64,000 bases of DNA from the human T2T-CHM13v2.0 reference genome, Homo sapiens: the NCBI RefSeq assembly GCF_009914755.1, contig NC_060945.1. One strand, 5' to 3'. How positions within the stretch are numbered: position 1 is the first letter of the stretch; each line of letters begins with the position of its first letter. The notes under the pieces were generated by a model that saw only the letters and a list, made by a program, of their open reading frames with translations, had not been told where the DNA came from and did no database searches. A program made the translations under genes and the position numbers. Positions 56,671 through 64,000 of the stretch are shown here, piece after piece.

Positions 56671-58904
56671 AATCCACTCTACTCCAATTCAGTAGATTCC
56701 ATTTCACTCCACTCCACTCCATTCCACTCCAGTCCACTACATTCCAATCCATTCCATTCCACTCCACTCAAATCAACTCCACTCCACACCATTCCATTCC
56801 AATCCGCATCTTTCACTCCACTCCACTCCAGTCCACTCCACTTTATTCCATTAAAATCCACTCCATTGCAATCCACTCCAGTCCACTCCATTTCACTCCA
56901 CTCCACTCCTTTCCACTCCACTCCAAACACTCCTGTTTTAAACTCCATTCCACTCCACTTTATTATATTCCATTCCACTCGATTCCACTCCACTCCACTC
57001 CTCTCCATTCCACTCCATTTCACTCCACTCCACTCCATTCAATTCCATTCCACCCCATTAAATTCCTCTCCGTTCCATTCCACCCCACTCTACTTGACAG
57101 CATTCCATTCACTTCCATTTGATGCCATTTGATTCCACTCCATTTGATTCCATTCCTTATGAGTCCATTCCATTCACTTCCATTGCATTCCATTCAATTC
57201 CTTTCCACTCCAGTGCATTCTATTCCAATCCACTCCACTCCACTACCCTGCAGTCAACTCCATTTCACTCCACTACATTCCGTTCAATGCCATTCCTTCC
57301 CATTCCTTTACATTTCGCTACATTCCACTCCACTCCACTACACTCCATTCAATTCCATTCCACCCCATTCCATTCCACTCCACTCCACTCTACTCCACTT
57401 CTCCGCGTTCCATTTGATTCTATTTGATGTGATTTGTTTCCATTCTTTTCGATTCCATTCCATTCGATTCCATTTCTTTCTATTCCATTCCATTCCTGTC
57501 CCTTCAATTCGATTCCAGGCCATTCGATTCCATTCATTTCGATTCTATTCCATTCGATTCCATTCCTTTCGATTCCATTCCATTCCCGTCAGTTCAGTTC
57601 GATTCCACTCCTTTCGTTTCCATTCTATTCGAGTCCATTCCATTCCAGTCCATTCTATTAGAGTCCCTTCCATTCGAGTTCATTCCATTCCATTCCATTC
57701 CATTCCAGTCCATGCCTTTTGAGTCAATTCCATTCGATTACATTGCATTCCAGTCCATTCTTTTCGAGTCCATTCCATTCCAGTCCATTCCATTCCATTC
57801 CATTCGAGTCCATTCCTTTTGAGTCAATTCCATTTAAGTACATTACATTCCATTCCATTCTGTTCGAGTCCATTCCATTCCGTTCCATTCCATTCCATTC
57901 AATACCATTCCATTCGATTCCATTACATTTGATTCCATACCTTTCGAGTACATTCCATTCGAGTTCATTCTATTCCATTCCAGTCCATTCCACTCCACTC
58001 CACTCCGTTCAATTCCATTTCTTCCCATTCCATTCCATTCCATTCCACTCCATTCCAATCCAGTCCACTACACTCCATTCATTTACATTCCACTCCATTT
58101 CTTTCCATTCCATTCCACTCCACTCCACTTCACCACATTCCATTTGATTTCATTTGATGCCATTTGATTCCATTCCTTTCGATTATATTCCTTTTGATTG
58201 CATTCCATTCCATTCCATCCCATTCCATTCCATTCCTTTCCACTTCATTCCATTCCATCCATTCAATTCCATTCAATTCCATTCCATTAAATTGCATTCG
58301 ATTACATTCCATTCCATTCAAATCCATTCCGTTCGATTCCATTCCTTCCCATTCAATTTGATTCCAATCCATTCGCGTCCATTCCGTTCGATTCCATGCC
58401 ATTCGTTTCCCTTGCATTCCATTTGATTCTATTGCATTACATTCCATTCTTTTCCATTATGTTCGAGTACATTCCATTCTATTCCATTCCATTATAGTCT
58501 ATTCCATTCCATTCCATTCCATTCCATTCCATTGCATTCCGTTCCACTCCAATCCACTCCATAACATCCCACTCCACTCCATTCCGTTCCACTCCTATCC
58601 ACTCCATTTCACTCCATTCCATTAAATTCCATTCCATTCCATTCCTTTCATTCCATTCCATTCCATTCGTTTCTATTTCGTTCCATTTCATTCCATTCCA
58701 TTTCATTCCATTCCATTCCCTTCCATTCAATTCTGTTCCATTCCATTCGATTCCATTCCATTCCATTCCGTTCCATTCAATTCCATTCCATTACACTCGA
58801 TTCCATTGCAATACATTCCATTTCTTTCCATTCATTTCGTGTCCATTCCATTGCTTCCCGTTCCATTTGATTCCTTTCCATTCGAATCCATTCCATTCAA
58901 TTCC

Positions 58905-58960
58905 ATTCCATTAGTTTGATTCTAATGTATTCCATTAGTTTGATTCTAATGTATTCCATT
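58905..58960 (+). repeat. Perfect 24-bp tandem duplication
   Basis: TTAGTTTGATTCTAATGTATTCCA at 58911 and 58935. Confidence 0.95.
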
Positions 58961-61900
58961 CCATTCCATTCCCTTTGATTGCATTCCATTCCATTCCATT
59001 TCATTCCAATCGAGTACACTCCAATTACTTCCATTCCACCCTATTCCTTTCCACTCCATTCCACTTTGGTCCATTCCACTTCACCGCATGCCATTTGATT
59101 CCATTCGATTCCATTCCACTCCATTCCATTCGATTTTATTCCATTCGATTCCATTCCATTTGAGTCCATTCCATTCAAGTCCATTCCATTCCATTCCATT
59201 CTAGTCCATTCCATTCCAGTGCATTCCACTCCACTCCACTCCGCTACAACCCGTTCAGTTCCATTCCTTCTCATTGCATTTCAATTCCACTCCATTCCAC
59301 TCCACTCCAGTAATTTCTATTTAATTCTATTTGACTCCATTCAATTCCACTCCATTCTGCTCCACACCACTCCACTTCACCACATTCCATTCCATTCTAT
59401 TCGCTGCCATTCGATTTTATTCCATTCGAGTCCATTCTACTCCAGTCCATTCTATTCACCTGCATTCCATTCGAGTCCATTTAATTCCATTCCATTTAAT
59501 TTGATTCCACTCCATTCGATTACATTCCATTCGTGTCTATGCCATTCTGGTTCATTCTAATTGAGTCCATTCCATTCGATCCCATTTCGTTTCATTTCAT
59601 TTCATTTCATTCGATTATATTCAATTCCGTTCCATTCTAGTCTATTCCATTCCAGTCCATTCCATTCGAGTGCATTTATTCTATTCCTTTCCATTCGAGT
59701 CTGTGCCATTCCATTCCATTCCATTCCATTGAATTCAATTCCTCTCCACATCACTGCACTCCTCTGCACTCCATTCCATTTCATTCCATTGTATTTCTAT
59801 CCATTCCTCTCCAATCCAGTCTGATCAATTCCATTCCTTCTCACTCCATTCCATTCCACTCCATTCCCTTCCACTCCACTACACTCCATTCTATTCCATT
59901 CCTCCCCATTCCATTCCAGTGTATTCCACTCCATTCCACTCCACCAAATTCCATTCAATTCCATTCGTTTCCATTCTACTCTATTCAATTCCATTCCATT
60001 CGAGGCCATTCCATTCCATTCGGTGTCAATCCACTCCTGTCCATTCCACTCCACTCCCTTCCACTCCACTCTGTTCAGTGCCATTCCTTCCCTTTCCATT
60101 CCATTCCACTCCATTCCACTCCACGCCACTTATCCGCATTCCATTTGATTATTTTCAATGCCATTGGATTCTATTCGATTCGATTCCATTCATTTGATTC
60201 CATTCCATTCGAATCCATTCCTTTCGATTCCATACCATTCGATTCCATTCTATTCGATTCAATTCAATTCAATTCAATTCCATTAGATTTCATTCCATTC
60301 GATTCCATTTCATTCGATTCCATTCCATTCAAGTCCATTCCATTACAGTCTATTCTATTCGACTCCATTCCATTCCAGTCCATTCTATTCGAGTCCATGA
60401 CATTTAATTCCATTGCATTTTTTTCCATTCCTCTCCTCTCCACCCCTTTCAACTCCAATCCTCTCCTTTAAATTCCATTCCATTTCATTAGATTAAATTC
60501 CACTCGACTCCACTCCATCTCACCCCAATCCAGTCCATTCCATTCCAATCCTTTCCACTCCATTTTACACCATTGCATTCCAATCCATTCAGTTCCATTC
60601 CATTGAATTCCATTCTTCTCCACTCCAATCCACTCCGTTCAATTCCATTCCTTCCCATTCCTTTCCATTCCACTCCATTCTACTCCACTCCACTAAATTC
60701 CACTCAATTCCATTCTACCCCATTCCATTCCACTCCATTCCACTCCACTCCACTCCTCTTTACCGTATTCATTTCGATTCCTTTCAATGCCATTTGAGTC
60801 CATTCAATTCGAGTCCATTCCATTCCAGTCCAATCCATTCGAGTCCATTGCCTTAGAGTGCATTTGTTTCCATTCCATTCCATTCGATTCCATTCCATTC
60901 CATTCCATTCCATTCCATTCCATTCGAGTCCATTCCATTCCGATCAATTCTATTCAAGTCTATTCCCTTCTAGTCCATTTCATTCCATTCCATTCCACTA
61001 TATTCGATTCCATTCCATTCGTGTCCATTCAATTTCAGTCTGTTCCATTTGACTCCATTGCATTCTAGTCTATTCCATTCAACTCCATTCCATTTCTTTG
61101 GATTCCATTCCATTCCATTCCATTCCATTCAGTTCCACTCCTCATCACTGCACTCCTCTCCACTCCATTCCATTCCATTCCATTACATTTCAGCCCACTG
61201 CAGTCCAATCCACTCCACTGTGTTCAATTCCATTCCTTCTCATTCCATTCCATTCCAATCTATTCTCCTCCACTCCACTCCATTCTATGCCATTCAACCC
61301 CATTCCATTCCACTCAATTACACTCCACTCCACTTCACCGAATTCTATTAGTTTCTGTTCTATTCCATTCTACTCCATTCGATTCCATTCCAGGACATTC
61401 CATTCCAGTCCATTCCACTCAGCTCCATTCCACTCCACTCCGTTCTGTTCCATTCCTTCCCATTCCTTTCCATTTCACTCCATTCCACTCCACTCCACTA
61501 CACTCCATTCAATTCCACTCCACTCCATTCCATTCCACTCCATTCCACTCCTCTCCCCTCCACTTCTCCGTAGTCCATTTCATTCTATTCAATGCCATTA
61601 TATTCCATTTGATTAGATTCCATTCCATTTCATTCCATTCCATTCCATTCCATGCCTTTTGAATCCATTCCATTCAAATCCATTCCATTTGAATCAATTC
61701 TACACGATTCCATTCCATTAGATTCCATTCCATTCGATTCCATTCCTTTTGAATCCATTCCATTCGAGTCCATTCCATTCCACTCCATTTCATAGAAGTC
61801 CATTCCATTCGAGTCCATTCCATTCCATTCCAACCTATTCCATTCCATTCCATTCCATTCGAGTCCGTTCCATTTGAGTCAATCCCATTCGAGTCCATTT

Positions 61901-64000
61901 CATTTCAGTCCAGTCCATTCAACTACATTCTATTCCATTCCATTGCATTCCATTCCTTTCCATTCAATTAGAGTCCGTTTCATTCTTGTCAATTCCATTG
62001 GAGTCCATTCCATTTCAGTACATTCCATTTGACTCCATTCCATTCCGTTCCATTCCACTCCATTCCTATCCATTCCATTCCGCTCCATTCCAATCCATTC
62101 CATTTGATTCCATTCCATTCAATTCCAGTCCAATCCATTCCAGGACAATCCACTCCACTCTACTCCACTCAGTTCAATTTAATTCATTCCCATTCCATTC
62201 CTTTCCACTCCATTACATTCCATTCCACTCCTCTCCACTCCATTCCTCTCCACTCCACTCCAATTCACTGCATTCCATTGGATTCCTTTCAATACCATTC
62301 GATTCCATTCCATTTGATTCCATTCCATTCTATTCCCTTCCGTTTGATTCCATTCCATTCCAGTCCATTCCATTCGATTCCATTCCATTCAATTCCATTC
62401 CATTTCATTCCATTCGATTCCTTTCATTTCCATTACATCCCATTCCATTCCATTCCTGTCCATTCCATTCCTTTCCATTCCATTGCATTCCATTGCATTG
62501 CATTCCATTCCATTCCATTCCATTCCTTTTGATTCAATTGCACTCCATTCCTTTCCATTCCGTTCCATTTGATTCCATTCCATTCCATTCCTTTCGACTC
62601 CATTCCATTCGAGTCCATTCCATTCAATTCCATTCCATTCATTTCCATTCCATTCCATTAGATTCTATTGCATTCCATTCCTTTCCATTCCATTCCGTTC
62701 TAGTACATTCCATTCTGTTGCATTCCATTCCTTTCCAATAGAATCCTTTCCATTGGTATCAATTCCATTCGAGTCCATTCCATTTCAGTCCATTCCTTTT
62801 GACTGCATTCCATTCCATTCCATTCCATTCTTATCCATTCCATTTGATTACATTCCACTCCAATCCATTCCAGTACATTCCACTCCAATCCACTCCACTC
62901 CTCTCAGATCAATTCCATTCCTTCTCATTTCATTACTTTCCACTCAATTCCACTCCATTCTACTTCACTCCATTCCATTTCACTGCATTCTACTGCACTC
63001 CACTTCATCGCATTCCATTGGATTCCATTCAATGCCATTCGATTCCATTCCATTCGATTCCATTCCATTCAACTCCCTTACATTTTATTCCGTTTCATTC
63101 CTGTCCATTCCATTCGATTCCATTCCATTTGATTCCATTCCGTTAGATCCCATTCCATTCGATTCCATTCCATTCGATCCCATTCCATTCCATTCCTTTT
63201 GATTGCATTCTATTCCATTCCATTCCATTCCATTCCATTCCTGTCCATTCCATACAATTCATGTCCGTTCCATTCCATTTGATTCCATTTGATTGCATCA
63301 CATTCAATTCCATTCCATTCCACTCGATTCCTTTCCATTCGATTCAATTCCATTCCATTCCATTCCATTGAACTCCATTCCATTGCAATCCATTCCATTC
63401 CATTCCATTGTTTTCCATTCCTTTCCTTTCCATTCCATTCGATTCTATTCCATTCGAGTCCATTCCATTCAATTCCATTCCATTTGTTTCCTTTCCATTC
63501 CATTCTGTCTTGTTGTATTCATTTCGATTCCATAACTTTCCATTCCAGTGCATTCCATTCCACTCCACTCCCCTCCACTGAATTCAATTCTATTCCTTCC
63601 CATTCCATTAAATTCCACTCCATTCCACTCCACTCTACTCCATTCAATTCCATTCCACCCCATTCCATTCCACTCCATTCCACTCCACTCCTCTCCACTT
63701 CACCGTATTCCATTTGTTTCCAATTGATGACATTCAATTCCGTTCAATTCAATTCCATTCCATTCGTTTCTATTCCTTTCGATCACATTCAATTCGATTC
63801 CATTCCATTCGATTCCATTCCTTGTGATTCCATTCCATTCCATCATATTCCATTTGATTCCATTTCATTTGATTCCATTCCATCTGATTCGATTACATTC
63901 TATTCCATTCCATTCCATTCCATTCCATTCCATTCCATTTCATTCCATTTCATTATGTTCGATTCCATTTCATTCGAGTCCATTCCATTCGAGTCCATTT

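Larger units (their letters stand above)
1..64000 (+). repeat. Human Satellite 3 (HSat3/SatIII)-type (CATTC)n/(GGAAT)n pericentromeric satellite array, diverged
   Basis: Uninterrupted degenerate CATTC pentamers across the window, always with the C-rich strand on +. The + strand is very G-poor. Perfect runs reach only about 10-13 pentamers (e.g. 18764-18828, 29816-29874, 42104-42168). Variant pentamers CGAGT, CGATT, CACTC and CAATT are typical of classical satellite 3. Confidence 0.97.
27601..64000 (+). repeat. Satellite domain B: alternating (CACTC)-rich and (CATTCGATTC)-rich blocks forming a compound unit
   Basis: CACTCCACTC runs appear abruptly at ~27601 (cattccactccactctactcccctctactc) and recur to the end of the window. 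Each CACTC block is closed by a CACTTCACCGCATTCC-like motif and followed by CGATT-rich sequence. Confidence 0.85.

Noticed and set aside
61610-61620. TGATTAGATTC, near-match to the DUX4 motif
   Set aside because: A single imperfect site, expected by chance among GATT variants.
74-63737. Hundreds of ORFs encoding HSIPF-repeat (+) or MEWNG-repeat (-) peptides
   Set aside because: (CATTC)3 translates as HSIPF in all three frames and its complement as MEWNG, with no stops. The ORFs overlap in every frame and show no domain, codon or splice signal.
27601-64000. Repeat-spacer layout superficially like a CRISPR array
   Set aside because: Repeats are long and degenerate, spacers are themselves satellite with widely varying length, no cas genes are present, and the context is eukaryotic satellite.
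28300-64000. HSat2 assignment for CATTCGATTC-rich blocks
   Set aside because: The blocks are short, keep 5-bp phase and lack the recurrent (G)ATGATG/ATGATT-containing ~23-26-bp units that define HSat2. They fit HSat3 better.
1-64000. Canonical heat-shock elements and GGAA microsatellites
   Set aside because: nGAAn units are in direct orientation rather than the alternating inverted arrangement of a canonical HSE, and the period is 5 (GGAAT), not tetrameric GGAA.
1-64000. Alu/L1/LTR insertions, alpha satellite or CENP-B boxes, inversions
   Set aside because: No poly-A tails, non-satellite segments or 171-bp monomers were seen. Occasional GGAATCC on + (e.g. ~1552) are point variants, not strand switches.
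1-64000. Assignment to a specific chromosome or homogeneous array (DYZ1, chr9, chr15)
   Set aside because: No high-identity kb-scale tandem unit is present. Subfamily and locus cannot be determined without alignment to a T2T reference.

Overview
The whole 64 kb is pentameric satellite DNA: degenerate (CATTC)n on the + strand and (GGAAT)n on the - strand. This is human/hominoid classical Satellite 3 (HSat3/SatIII) pericentromeric heterochromatin. I found no genes, RNA genes, transposon insertions or strand inversions. All six-frame ORFs (HSIPF- and MEWNG-repeat peptides) are artefacts of a stop-poor pentamer. There are two domains. Domain A (1 to ~27,600) is CATTC interspersed with CGAGTC-type variants and carries relics of a ~2.8-3.1 kb higher-order period plus dispersed block duplications. 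Domain B (~27,600-64,000) alternates CACTC-rich and CGATT-rich blocks, organised around a hidden ~160-bp cassette that recurs more than 50 times with variable spacers. Many recent tandem duplications are visible, almost all in multiples of 5 bp, along with strong CpG-deamination signatures. I found no credible new protein-coding system; the interest lies in the satellite's internal architecture. All alignments were made by eye.
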